Assembly: GCA_016195985.1 (NCBI GenBank)
Contig: JACPYP010000013.1
Coordinates: 12,116 to 76,115, forward strand
Source of the DNA: Acidobacteriota bacterium
GTDB taxonomy: Bacteria > Acidobacteriota > Holophagae > Holophagales > Holophagaceae
Reading direction: 5' to 3'
DNA length: 64,000 bases
In this document: in pieces, positions 1 through 9,220 of the stretch
Layout of the letters: each line of letters starts with the position of its first letter
Numbering within the stretch: position 1 is the stretch's first letter
Notes under the pieces: model-generated
Database searches by the model: none
The model's input: the letters and a program-made list of their open reading frames with translations, nothing else
What the model was told of the DNA's origin: nothing
Program-made: the position numbers and the translations under genes

Positions 1-408
1 GCGCGGCTCCAGGGGCACCACCCGCCAGCCCCAGGGTTGTTTCTGCAGGGTGCCGGGCAGGGGGACTTCGCCCCGGCCCTTGATCTCCAGCACCCGGGCC
101 TTGAGGCGTCCGTCCCGGCCTTCGCCACTGACTTCGGCCACCACCCGGTCGCCATGGATGGCTCCGCAGGCATCCCGCCAGTCCACGAACAAATCCATGC
201 GGGGCCCCTTGGGGGCGCCCGGTACGCGGAGGAAGCCGCCGGCGCCTTCTGGATGACCCAGGAAGGTGGCTTCGAAGCTTTCGTACGGACGAAGCCCCAG
301 GCCCTGAGACGGGGCGGCCTGGGGCTTCGAGGTCTGGGTTGGGGTCCGGCGGTCGGGCGTGCGTGACGGAGCGCGGACGGGAATGCGGGGGGCTGAGCGT
401 CGGGCCAT
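1..408 (-). CDS. rnr: Ribonuclease R (RNB/VacB family), N-terminal part; runs off the window start
   Basis: Manual translation from ATG 408 (not in ORF track): ...GFLRVP..DLFV...AIHGDRVVAEV...GRLKARVLEI, matching the RNase R/II N-terminal OB/cold-shock domain. Confidence 0.75.
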   Translation of the reverse strand, partial: MARRSAPRIPVRAPSRTPDRRTPTQTSKPQAAPSQGLGLRPYESFEATFLGHPEGAGGFLRVPGAPKGPRMDLFVDWRDACGAIHGDRVVAEVSGEGRDGRLKARVLEIKGRGEVPLPGTLQKQPWGWRVVPLEPR

Positions 409-442
409 GCCTTCAGGGTACAGGCCCCGGGGGGGATTCGGC

Positions 443-1312
443 CTACTTTCCCTTCTTGCCGGGGGCCGCAGCGGCCTTGCCGTTCAGCACGTCCAGCTGG
501 TGCTGGACCTTCTTGCTGTCCGGGGAGATCACCGCGAGGCGATAGAGCCAGCGGGCTTTGCCGGCGCGGTCGCCCTGAGCCTCCAGGTAGGCGGGGCTGG
601 ACACGACGGCTTCCACCCACTTGAGCCTGTCGCCCTTGCCGGCCTTGTATTCCTCCACCTGGTCCGCCTCGCCCTTGAGCTTGTCTTCCATGACCTTCAC
701 CAGGGGATCGTAGGCCTCGCTCTCGCGTTTGGTGACGTCGATGTAGGTCTGAAAGAACTTCACCCACTTGGCGCTGTCGCCCACTTCCTTCTCCACGCCC
801 ATAGCCAAGTCCAGCTCCTGGCGTTCACCGGGATCGAGCACGCTCTTGGCTTTCAGCTCTTTGATGCGGTCCGCGTTTTCTTCCAGCACCTGCTTGGCCC
901 GGGCGCCGGACTGGGTGTAGTAGGCGACGGTCTGAGCGAAGGGTTCCTTGACACCTGCATAGGCCTCCTGGGCCAGGGACCGGGCGAGCTTGGCGTATTC
1001 CAACGCCTTCTCCCAGGCGCCGGCGGAATCAGCGGTTTCGGCGGCGAGGCGGAGGGCCTCAGCCATCTCCATATTGGCCGTGCAGCTCTGCACCAGAGTC
1101 GTGTTGTCCTTCTTGTCGAAGACGGGCCGGGTGGCGGGCACCAGGGCTTCGGCGCGCTTGTAGGCCTCGGGGTATTTGAGTTCAGCGAGCAACTGCTCAA
1201 TGGCAGGGCGCTCGGCCTTGATTCGTTCACCTAATGATGGGGAGGCAGCCGGGGCCTGCGCGAAGAGGGCCGCTGGCAGCAGGAAGAGGGAAAGGAAGGC
1301 GGTTTTGCGCAT
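443..1312 (-). CDS. Secreted alpha-helical hypothetical protein
   Basis: Start reassigned to MRKTAFLSLFLLPAALFAQ (Sec signal peptide); Ala/Glu/Lys-rich helical sequence; host-like codon bias. Confidence 0.75.
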   Translation of the reverse strand: MRKTAFLSLFLLPAALFAQAPAASPSLGERIKAERPAIEQLLAELKYPEAYKRAEALVPATRPVFDKKDNTTLVQSCTANMEMAEALRLAAETADSAGAWEKALEYAKLARSLAQEAYAGVKEPFAQTVAYYTQSGARAKQVLEENADRIKELKAKSVLDPGERQELDLAMGVEKEVGDSAKWVKFFQTYIDVTKRESEAYDPLVKVMEDKLKGEADQVEEYKAGKGDRLKWVEAVVSSPAYLEAQGDRAGKARWLYRLAVISPDSKKVQHQLDVLNGKAAAAPGKKGK

Positions 1313-1462
1313 CGTTTCGACCCGTGGTGAGAAGGGAGGAGTCCCCGGGGGAGAGCCCCCATGTTCCCGGGTTCCGCTTGATTTGGCTAGCCCCGACTCG
1401 GTGAAGGGAAGCACAACCGGTCCGGCAGGGCATCCCTGATGCGCGGCAGGTAGCATGGGGGC

Positions 1463-2446
1463 ATGGATCTGGTTCTGCTCCGCCTCTCAGCTTTGGGTGA
1501 CATCCTCCGGGTGATGCCGGCCTGGGGCAACCTTCATCACGCCTTCCCTGAAGCCCGGCTGCGCGTGGTGGTGGAGGACCGCCACGCCTTCCTGCTGGAG
1601 CCGCTCCCCTGGCTGGAACCGGTGCTGGTCCAGCGCAAGCGGTTGTCCAACCCCCTATCCGCGCTGGGCGAGTTGAAGCGGGTGGCCGGCCTGATCCGGG
1701 GGGCGGAAGTCAGCCTGGATTTCCACGGCATCCTCAAGGCCGCCCTGATTCCACGATTGGCAGGCATTCCCGAGCGCTGGGGGGATGGCGTCACCAAGGA
1801 ATTCTCCAGATCGCTTCAGACCCGCCCCTTGTCCTTCAAACACCAGACCCGCTATGACCAGGCCCTGGGTTTGGCCGAGGCCTTCGGCCGCAGCCAGGGG
1901 GTAGAAGGACTGGGCCGCTTCCGGCCGGTGCTGCGGGAGGTGCCCCTGCCTGACCCCGGCGGCATATGGACTCAAAGCGCCAAACCCAGGGTGGTGCTGG
2001 TTCCGGGAGCCTCCCGCCGCGGCGCCATCAAGCGTTGGCCCCTGGTCCACTGGATATCGTTGGTGGAGCGTTTGAAAAGCCGGTGCGAGCTTCGCTGGTC
2101 GCTGGGGCCGGAAGAAGAGGAATTGCGAAACTGGCTGCCCGAGGCGACCGGCGTGGAGGCCCTCCCCCGGCTGGGGTTCTGGCAGCTGGCGGCGGCCCTG
2201 CGCCAGGCGGACCGGGTGGTCGCCCCAGATACTGGCCTGCTGCACCTGGCCGTGGTGCTGGGAGTTCCTGTCCTGGGAGTCTATGGCTCCAGCGATCCGG
2301 TGGTGGCGGGCCTGCCCGGAGGGTCGGGCCGGGTGTTGCGCACGGGGATCGCCTGCTCGCCCTGCCGGGAGCGGGCCTGCCAGCGGCGGCAGTGCATGTC
2401 GGAACTCCTGCCGGACCAGGTGGCCGCGGCGCTGGCGGAGCGTTGA
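1463..2446 (+). CDS. Glycosyltransferase family 9 (LPS heptosyltransferase-like)
   Basis: LLRLSALGD N-terminus, DFHG, KRWP, DTGLLHLA, C-terminal CSPC motifs typical of WaaC/WaaF-like GT9. Confidence 0.9.
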   Translation: MDLVLLRLSALGDILRVMPAWGNLHHAFPEARLRVVVEDRHAFLLEPLPWLEPVLVQRKRLSNPLSALGELKRVAGLIRGAEVSLDFHGILKAALIPRLAGIPERWGDGVTKEFSRSLQTRPLSFKHQTRYDQALGLAEAFGRSQGVEGLGRFRPVLREVPLPDPGGIWTQSAKPRVVLVPGASRRGAIKRWPLVHWISLVERLKSRCELRWSLGPEEEELRNWLPEATGVEALPRLGFWQLAAALRQADRVVAPDTGLLHLAVVLGVPVLGVYGSSDPVVAGLPGGSGRVLRTGIACSPCRERACQRRQCMSELLPDQVAAALAER

Positions 2447-2450
2447 TCCT

Positions 2451-2807
2451 TCAGCGGATGTTGAACGCGTACTTCCCCGCGTGGCATTCCAGGCATTTCA
2501 CCACGGGGGGGCGATGCTGGCGGTGGCATTCGGCGCACGGAATCTCGCCCTGGTGGGAGCCGTGGGGATTGGGCTTCACATTCTTGGTGACGGCCTTCAT
2601 GGCGGGGTAGTCGCCGTGGCAGGTCATGCAGGATTCAGAAGAGGCCTTCTTGGTGGGCTTCTCCTCCTGGTGGCAGTCGAAGCAATGGACCCCCGCCTTG
2701 GCGTGATAGGGCGGAAGGGCGGGGCCCTTCGAATCCTGGGCCGGGGCCGGCAGCGTCAGGAAGGCCGCGAGCAGGAGGGAGGGCGTGCAGGTCGGAAAGG
2801 GTCTCAT
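2451..2807 (-). CDS. Small periplasmic tetraheme cytochrome c (STC/flavocytochrome heme-domain-like)
   Basis: Signal peptide; four CxxCH (CFDCH, CMTCH, CAECH, CLECH) plus NPHGSH distal-His motif in 118 aa. Confidence 0.9.
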   Translation of the reverse strand: MRPFPTCTPSLLLAAFLTLPAPAQDSKGPALPPYHAKAGVHCFDCHQEEKPTKKASSESCMTCHGDYPAMKAVTKNVKPNPHGSHQGEIPCAECHRQHRPPVVKCLECHAGKYAFNIR

Positions 2808-2930
2808 GGCGCATTCCCGGGGAGGGGCTGGGCAAGCCGCATGGAGGACCCTCCAGTCTAGCGGGGAGGGTCAGGAGTCACATCCGCACATCCCTTTGCC
2901 GACAGGAATTTGGGGACCCAGCCCCGAACC

Positions 2931-2946
2931 CGTGACCGGAATCACG
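2931..2946. promoter_or_regulatory. CRP/FNR-family-like operator
   Basis: CGTGA-N6-TCACG inverted repeat (cf. TGTGA-N6-TCACA) in the divergent intergenic region. Confidence 0.4.
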
Positions 2947-3087
2947 ATTGCGAGAATGGGGGCAAACGGGGAGCCGGTAAATCGACGATCATGATCAGTT
3001 GGGAATTTCTGTTTTCCCCATGGATCTTCCATGTGCCGATTCGGATCCGTTTCCGCCAAGCCTTGAGTCCAATTGAAAGGATGTTTC

Positions 3088-4086
3088 ATGAAAATCAATC
3101 CCGCACACTTGATCTCAGGGCTGATCTTGGCAGCCGGGATGATGGCCCAGGGCGGGCTCCAGGCTCAGAGCGTCCAGGTTCGCGCCAAGGTTCCAACGGC
3201 CATTCCGTCCTACCTGCCCATGACAGTCATGAAAGGCACCTACGATCTGTTGGGAACCGACGCCCTGTCTGATCTGGGCGAAGAGTGGGCCACCGCCTTC
3301 AGGAAGTTCCATCCGGAAGCGAACCTGGTGTTCAAGTCGAAGCTGACCAAGGATGCCGTGACCGCCTTCGTGGACGGATCGAGCCTGCTCATCATCACCG
3401 CCAGGGAACTCACGCTGGAGGAGGGGAAAGCCTTCCAGGCCAAGTTCGGCTACATGCCCATGCGCATCCCCATCTGCCTGGATGCCAACATCGTGTTCGT
3501 CCACAAGAACAACCCGCTCGCATCCATCTCCATGCAGCAGCTGGACGCCATCTACTCCAAATCCAGGCTGGGCGGGGCGAAAGCGGCCGCCCTGGTTTGG
3601 GGCGATCTGGGGCTCAAAGGCGAGTGGGCCAAGCTGCCCATCCACGCCTATTCGCGGGCTGAGGGAACGGCCACACGGTCCTCCTTCGGCGAGAAGGCTC
3701 TACTCAATGGCGAGTTCCGGGCCGGCATCCTGGACCGGAATGATTCCCCCGCCCTGGCCGAGGCGGTCATGACCGATCCCGCCGGCATTGCCTTTGGCAC
3801 GATGTCGTCCTGGTACTTCGCGAACAAGGTGCTTCCCGTGGCGCCCTACTATGGAGATGGCGCGCGGTTCCCAAACCAGGACAACGTCACGACCAGCAAA
3901 TACCCCATGCCGCGCCTGTACTACGCCTACCTCAACCGCGCCCCTGGTGTGGCGCTGCCAGCGCCGGTCAATGAAGTCATCCAATTCCTGCTGAGCCGGG
4001 AAGGCCAGACCTCCGTGGCGGACGCCGGTCTCCTGCCGGGCCCCCCGGAATTCATCACCATCGCGCTCAAGCGCCTGAACCGATAG
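3088..4086 (+). CDS. PstS-like periplasmic binding protein (PBP superfamily), divergent
   Basis: Signal peptide; D..IVFVHKNNP, QLDAIYS, WGDLG, YPMPRLYY, FLLSREGQ motifs of PstS-like proteins. Confidence 0.8.
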   Translation: MKINPAHLISGLILAAGMMAQGGLQAQSVQVRAKVPTAIPSYLPMTVMKGTYDLLGTDALSDLGEEWATAFRKFHPEANLVFKSKLTKDAVTAFVDGSSLLIITARELTLEEGKAFQAKFGYMPMRIPICLDANIVFVHKNNPLASISMQQLDAIYSKSRLGGAKAAALVWGDLGLKGEWAKLPIHAYSRAEGTATRSSFGEKALLNGEFRAGILDRNDSPALAEAVMTDPAGIAFGTMSSWYFANKVLPVAPYYGDGARFPNQDNVTTSKYPMPRLYYAYLNRAPGVALPAPVNEVIQFLLSREGQTSVADAGLLPGPPEFITIALKRLNR

Positions 4087-4126
4087 GAAGGGCTGTTTCC
4101 GCGCGAAAGCGCGGAAACGGCGCCCA

Positions 4127-5578
4127 TCACCCTTTGCGCCAGCCCACGGTGCCGTCCTTGCGGTCTTCGAGGACGATGCCCATGGCCTTGAGCTGATCCC
4201 GCACGCGGTCGGCCTCGGCCCACTGCTTCGCGGCCTTGGCGGCGCGGCGGGCTTCGATGAGGGCTTCCACCTCGGAATCGAGGTCGGCTTCCTCCCGGGG
4301 CCAGGCCATGAAGATGCCGTTGGTTTCCTCCAGGAAACCCAGCACCGCATCCCGCTCTTCCCGGGTGAGCGCGCAGTGATCGTCCTGGGCGTTGAGATCG
4401 CTGATGAGCGTGAAGATCGCCGCCAGAGCCTCGGGCGTGTTCAGGTCATCGGCCATGGCCGCCCAGAAGGCCTCGCGGGCTTGATCCAGGCGGGCGAGAG
4501 GATCGATGGCTTCCTTCCAGGGGCCGCTTCCGGCCTGGCCCTCGCCTTCCATGCGCTTGCGGAAGGCCCGGATGCGCTTGAGGGCGTTCTCGGCGGCCCG
4601 GAGGCCCTCGAAGCTGAAGTTGAGAACCTTCCGGTAGTGGTTGCTCTGGATGGCGTACCGCAAGGCGATGGGATCCACGCCCTTGGCGGTCAGATCGCGA
4701 AGGGTGAAAAAATTGCCCAAGCTCTTGGACATTTTCTGGCCTTCCACCAGCAGGAACTCGCCGTGGACCCAGTGGTTCACCCATTGATGGCCCAGGCAGC
4801 CCTCGCTTTGGGCGATCTCGTTCTCGTGGTGGGGGAAGATCAGATCCACTCCGCCGCTGTGGATGTCCATGCGTTCGCCGAGCAGCTCCATGCCCATGGC
4901 CGAGCATTCGATATGCCATCCGGGCCGCCCCTGGCCCCAGGGGCTGTCCCACCATGGCTCGCCGGGTTTGGCGGACTTCCAGAGCACGAAATCCGTCACG
5001 GAATCGCGCTCATACTCGTCGGCGTCCACCGAAGCGCCCGCCTGCATGCCTTCGCGGTCGAGATGCGCCAGGCAGCCGTAGTGAGGCAGGCCCGAAATCC
5101 GGTAGTAGACGCTGCCTTCCCGGACATAGGCCAAGCCCTTGGCCTCGAGGGCCTGGATGAGGCGGATCATCTGAGGGATGTAGGCGGTGGCCCGGGGCAG
5201 GAAGTCCGCTGGCAGAACCCGCAAGGTGGCGAGATCCTCCAGGAAGATGGCAGTGAAGCGTCCAGTCAGCGCCGTCATGGCTTCATGCCGGGCCTCATTG
5301 GATGCATCGGCGGGAAGCCCTCCCTGGGAGTCGCGGATGATCTTGTCCTCGACGTCCGTGATGTTCATGCAGTGCCGCACCTGGTGGCCGGCGGCCAGGA
5401 AAGTGCGCTTGAGGAGATCCTGGAAAAGGAAGGTCCGAAGGTTGCCGATATGGGCGTAGTTGTAAACCGTAGGCCCGCAGGTGTACAAGGAGACCTGCCC
5501 CTCCACCAGGGGAACCACAGGCTCGACCCGCCGCGGCAGGGTGTTGAACAGGGAGAGGGTCCGGCGCTTCAGCTTCAT
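4127..5578 (-). CDS. cysS: Cysteine--tRNA ligase
   Basis: YTCGPTVYNYAHIGN, GRPGWHIECSAM, DLIFPHHENEIAQ, KMSKS. Confidence 0.98.
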   Translation of the reverse strand: MKLKRRTLSLFNTLPRRVEPVVPLVEGQVSLYTCGPTVYNYAHIGNLRTFLFQDLLKRTFLAAGHQVRHCMNITDVEDKIIRDSQGGLPADASNEARHEAMTALTGRFTAIFLEDLATLRVLPADFLPRATAYIPQMIRLIQALEAKGLAYVREGSVYYRISGLPHYGCLAHLDREGMQAGASVDADEYERDSVTDFVLWKSAKPGEPWWDSPWGQGRPGWHIECSAMGMELLGERMDIHSGGVDLIFPHHENEIAQSEGCLGHQWVNHWVHGEFLLVEGQKMSKSLGNFFTLRDLTAKGVDPIALRYAIQSNHYRKVLNFSFEGLRAAENALKRIRAFRKRMEGEGQAGSGPWKEAIDPLARLDQAREAFWAAMADDLNTPEALAAIFTLISDLNAQDDHCALTREERDAVLGFLEETNGIFMAWPREEADLDSEVEALIEARRAAKAAKQWAEADRVRDQLKAMGIVLEDRKDGTVGWRKG

Positions 5579-5630
5579 GGTTCTAGGAAACCATCATTTT
5601 GCCTTCCGTCCAAAGCCCCCAGGTGCCCTT

Positions 5631-6275
5631 ATGAGCCTCTTCGGCGCGCGAAAGCAGGAACGGGCCCTCGCTCAACACGACGAGCGCCTGCAAGAGCTGG
5701 AGGTTGAGTGCTCGGTTCTACAGAGGCGCATCGATGAGACCCAGGAACTGGTCCGGCATTTGGACCAGGAGCGGGGCCTCTTGCTGAGCGCCGTGGAGCG
5801 CTTGCGGCCTGGGGACCCTGCGGAGGAGCTGGCCCAGGCTCTCCTGGAAGTGGCCTTCAAGCCCATGGGGCTGGCCTGCTTCTTCGTGGCCCTGGCGGAT
5901 TGGGACCGGGACCTGCTCCAGTTTGTGCTGTACCAGGAGGGGGGCCGGGTGCGAAAACACCCTTCCCGCCGGTTATCGGATAGGGCCGGGCTTTCCGAAC
6001 GGGTGCTCACGGGGAAGCGCCCCGTCTACATCCGCACCATGGAGGAGGGGCAAGCCGCGGGAAGCTTTCTCACTGCCGCGGAGCAGGCCACGGGTCTCAT
6101 CCCCCATTCTTGGTACGGCGTGCCGCTGGGGCATGGACCCCGCCCCATCGGGGTGGTGAGCTTCCAGAGCTTCCAGACCGACGCTTTCAGCGAGGACCGG
6201 CGGCGGGTCATGGACGCCCTGGCAGCCCTGCTTTCCACCTGCCTGGAAGCGCGCGGCCGGGTTCAGGATCCCTGA
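5631..6275 (+). CDS. Coiled-coil + GAF domain protein with no output domain
   Basis: N-terminal heptad segment then GAF signature (GLSERVLTGKRPV, SWYGVPL, IGVVSFQS, AFSEDRRRVM). Confidence 0.8.
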   Translation: MSLFGARKQERALAQHDERLQELEVECSVLQRRIDETQELVRHLDQERGLLLSAVERLRPGDPAEELAQALLEVAFKPMGLACFFVALADWDRDLLQFVLYQEGGRVRKHPSRRLSDRAGLSERVLTGKRPVYIRTMEEGQAAGSFLTAAEQATGLIPHSWYGVPLGHGPRPIGVVSFQSFQTDAFSEDRRRVMDALAALLSTCLEARGRVQDP

Positions 6276-6655
6276 ATCAAGGCCAGCAGATCCTCGGGCA
6301 GGGGGCGGGCGCGGTTGTCCGAACTTGCCGCCAGGTGGATGCTTTCGCCCTCCGCCAGCAGAGCGCCGCTCCGCTCGACCCGGTAGCCGAAGGTCACCCG
6401 GCGCCGCCCTGCCTCCTTGAGGAACGTGCGCACTTGCACCAGCTCGTCGTAATAGGCGGGGGCCCGGAACTTCACCCGGATCTCGTTCACCACCAGCCGC
6501 ACACCGCGGGCCTCCCATTCAGCGTAGCTTTGGCCCAGCTCCCTCAGGAAATCGCTGCGGCCCAGCTCCATCCAGACCGGATAGGTCGCGTGGTGGACGA
6601 TGCCCATGGCATCGGTTTCGGCGTAGCGCACTCGGAGCTCGGTCAGCGATTCCAT
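6263..6655 (-). CDS. Acyl-CoA thioesterase (YbgC/4HBT hot-dog family)
   Basis: RVRYAETDAMGIVHHATY motif. Confidence 0.92.
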   Translation of the reverse strand: MESLTELRVRYAETDAMGIVHHATYPVWMELGRSDFLRELGQSYAEWEARGVRLVVNEIRVKFRAPAYYDELVQVRTFLKEAGRRRVTFGYRVERSGALLAEGESIHLAASSDNRARPLPEDLLALIQGS

Positions 6656-6674
6656 GCTTTGAGCCTACACGAAG

Positions 6675-6696
6675 AAGCCCCGCCGGAGCGGGGCTT
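6675..6696 (-). terminator. Hairpin, probable terminator after 6725-7084
   Basis: AAGCCCCGC-cgga-GCGGGGCTT perfect 9-bp stem; weak pyrimidine tail on minus strand. Confidence 0.5.
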
Positions 6697-6724
6697 GGGC
6701 TGACGCACGGACCGGGGCTCCCGG

Positions 6725-7084
6725 TTACTCGATGGTGACGCGGACGTGATCGCCCTTGTCCGTGGTGATCTCCAAGAGCAGGTCGCCGGCCTTGGCATCG
6801 TTGAGCAGCTTGATGAGCTGTTCAGGCTTCATGCCTTTCTTGGTTTCGCCGTTGACCTTGATTTCCCCTTCGCCGGCCATGTCCAGGACGCCCTTGGCGA
6901 GGCTGATGGGCATGCGCACATGCACTTCAGTGGGGCCTTCTTCGCTCTTGGCCTCGCCCTTCTGCCGGTGGTGGTGGTTGAAGGACTTGGAGACGATGTC
7001 GACCTTGATGAACCGCGCGCTCTGCGCGGCCAGAGGAAGGGTGAGGCTGGCCGCCAGGGCCAGCGGGATCATGATGGCGCGCAT
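6725..7084 (-). CDS. Small secreted hypothetical protein
   Basis: GGAGG RBS then MRAIMIPLALAASLTLPLAAQ signal peptide; host-like codon bias. Confidence 0.75.
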   Translation of the reverse strand: MRAIMIPLALAASLTLPLAAQSARFIKVDIVSKSFNHHHRQKGEAKSEEGPTEVHVRMPISLAKGVLDMAGEGEIKVNGETKKGMKPEQLIKLLNDAKAGDLLLEITTDKGDHVRVTIE

Positions 7085-7247
7085 GGGCGGCCTCCTTGGG
7101 TGGGTGGGGTTCGGCACTCGCCGGATTGCATGGGATTACGGGCCTCTTTGGCGACGGATTAGCCAGGTATTCTGGACCGGTCACGGAATCCCTCCGCCCC
7201 TCATCCAAACCGATCTGCGGCCCGCCGGCCGCCACTGGAGTCCGCCC

Positions 7248-7655
7248 ATGAAACCCATCGCCGCCCTCCTGCTTCTCGCCGCGCCACTGCTCGCCCAGGA
7301 CGCGGCCAAGTGGGAACACGACTACCAATCCGCCCTCAAGCGGGCGAAGGCCGAGAACAAGGTCATCTTCATGGACCTCTGGGCCGAATGGTGCGGCCCC
7401 TGCCAGCACCTCCAGAAGAATGTCTTCCCCACCGCCGAAGCCACCGCCGCCCTGGCCAAGGTGGTGCCCTTCTCCTCCCTGGTTCAGAAGAAGGACGGAA
7501 CCCCTCTGGCCGAAGGCACCAAGCTGGCCGAGCAGTTCAAGCTCGACGCCTTCCCTACCCTCGTGATCCTGGATGCCGACGGCAAGGAGTTGCGCCGCAA
7601 GGTGGGCGCCTTCCGCAGCGGGGCCGAGTTCGCCGCCTGGCTGAACGCCAAGTAA
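7248..7655 (+). CDS. Periplasmic thioredoxin-family protein
   Basis: Signal peptide MKPIAALLLL, WCGPC active site, cis-Pro FPT; start reassigned to ATG 7248 (GGAG RBS). Confidence 0.9.
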   Translation: MKPIAALLLLAAPLLAQDAAKWEHDYQSALKRAKAENKVIFMDLWAEWCGPCQHLQKNVFPTAEATAALAKVVPFSSLVQKKDGTPLAEGTKLAEQFKLDAFPTLVILDADGKELRRKVGAFRSGAEFAAWLNAK

Positions 7656-7709
7656 TCGCCCAATCCCTTGATGAGCAGCGGCGGCCTCTGGCCGCCGCTG
7701 CTCGTTCAG

Positions 7710-9218
7710 TCAGAGATCCTTCACCCCTCCAGGTGTTTTCGGGGGCTTGGGCAGGCGCTGCTTGAGGCCCTCCAATTCATCCTGCTGGGCGCCCATGCTG
7801 GGGCGGGGCGGGGGTGGCGGAGGCGGCTTCTTGGGGTTGGGGGGAGGCGGCGGCGTGGTGTCCTTGACCAGGGTTTGCAGATCATGGATGGCCTCGGGCT
7901 GACCGGGCTGTTCCAGCAGCAGCCGTTCGAGCAGGGCCCGCGCTTCTTCTGGGCGGTGGGCTTCCACGTGAGCCCGGGCTGCCAGCAGGAGGGCGGGAGC
8001 GCGCCAGGCCGGAACGGGCCGGGGCGTTCCCTGGCCCGCCAGCACGGCCAAGGTCTTCAGGGCCTCCTCCGGGAGGCCCGCGCGCAGATCGATCTGCGCC
8101 GCCAGCAGCACGTGGGCGGGCTTGGCGTCGCGGGGGCGCCAGCGGCGGGCCGCGGTCAGGTTGCCCTCCTCCAGGGCCCGCTGGGCCACCCAGGCCTTGA
8201 CGCCAGGAGGTGCCCAGACGGGGCCGGAGGCTTGGGCGGAGAGTGGGGCCGCCAGGCCAACCAACAGCGCCAGCAGCGGCCGCCAGCGGGCCAGGGGCTT
8301 GCCCGAGAAGAGCAGCCAGAGCGCCAATCCGGCCAGGGCGATCCAGGCGCCCGCTTCCGGGTGGGCGGGCTGGAGCGAGCGGCGCGCGGGGAGAGGCAGT
8401 CTTCCCGCGGCCAGGGCCTGAAGGCCCCCGGCCGCGTCTTCGCCATCTTTGAAGACTTGGCCTCCCGTGGCTTCGGCCAGCTGCGCCAGGAATTCAGGAT
8501 GGGCCGTGCTGCGGGCCGGTTCTGCGGCTGGGGCGGCAGCGTCTTCCCGGTTGGGCACCGCATGGGCCTGGCCATCTCCGAAGGCCATCACGCAAACGGG
8601 GATCCGGGCCTTCTTGAGCGGCGCGACGGCCCGGGCCAGCGCCTCCTCGGGAGCCTCCCAGGTTTCCTCGCCATCGCTGAGCAGGAGGATCACCGCGGGC
8701 AGGTCGCGGTCCACCTGGGCCGCCAACTGTGGCAGGCCGCGGCCCAGGCTGGTGCCGGGGGAGCCCACCTCGCCGGGCAGGGCGGCCCGGAGCGCCTCGC
8801 GCAGCAGGGTCCGGTCCTCGCCGGGCGGCTGCACGGGAATGTCGTCGCCGGTGAGGAAGTCCAGACCCCAGCGGATGCCGGGCTGGGGCCTGGACCAGAT
8901 GCGGTCCAGAGCGCCGACGGCGGCCTCCCAGCGGCTGCGGCCCTGGGCATCGGGCACGGCCATGGAACGGCTGGCATCCAGCGCCACATGCACCGTGAGC
9001 CGGGGGAATTCGGGAAGGCCCCAGCGGGGTTCAGCCAGGCCCAGGCCCAGGCCTGCGGCCATCACCGCCAAGCCAAGCCCCTGCCACAGAGGCCGCTGGC
9101 CCACCACCTGCACCCCCTGGCCGGGCCGCAGATGGGCCCGCAGAGCCAGCGCCAGGGTGACCAGGATGGCCGCGGCCGTGGGGATCAGCACCCAGGGATG
9201 GGAGAAGGGCAGCTTCAT
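7710..9218 (-). CDS. vWA-domain + TPR membrane protein (BatB/BatC-like fusion)
   Basis: N-terminal TM + PRWG, MIDAS DASRS, GTSL, LLSDGEE; C-terminal TPR-like helices and Pro-rich tail. Confidence 0.8.
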   Translation of the reverse strand: MKLPFSHPWVLIPTAAAILVTLALALRAHLRPGQGVQVVGQRPLWQGLGLAVMAAGLGLGLAEPRWGLPEFPRLTVHVALDASRSMAVPDAQGRSRWEAAVGALDRIWSRPQPGIRWGLDFLTGDDIPVQPPGEDRTLLREALRAALPGEVGSPGTSLGRGLPQLAAQVDRDLPAVILLLSDGEETWEAPEEALARAVAPLKKARIPVCVMAFGDGQAHAVPNREDAAAPAAEPARSTAHPEFLAQLAEATGGQVFKDGEDAAGGLQALAAGRLPLPARRSLQPAHPEAGAWIALAGLALWLLFSGKPLARWRPLLALLVGLAAPLSAQASGPVWAPPGVKAWVAQRALEEGNLTAARRWRPRDAKPAHVLLAAQIDLRAGLPEEALKTLAVLAGQGTPRPVPAWRAPALLLAARAHVEAHRPEEARALLERLLLEQPGQPEAIHDLQTLVKDTTPPPPPNPKKPPPPPPPRPSMGAQQDELEGLKQRLPKPPKTPGGVKDL

Positions 9219-9220
9219 GG

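Noticed and set aside
2860..3080. Riboswitch (e.g. c-di-GMP-I) in the cytochrome/pstS spacer
   Set aside because: GGCAAA-like words are present but I could not build the required stems or GNRA/receptor pairing
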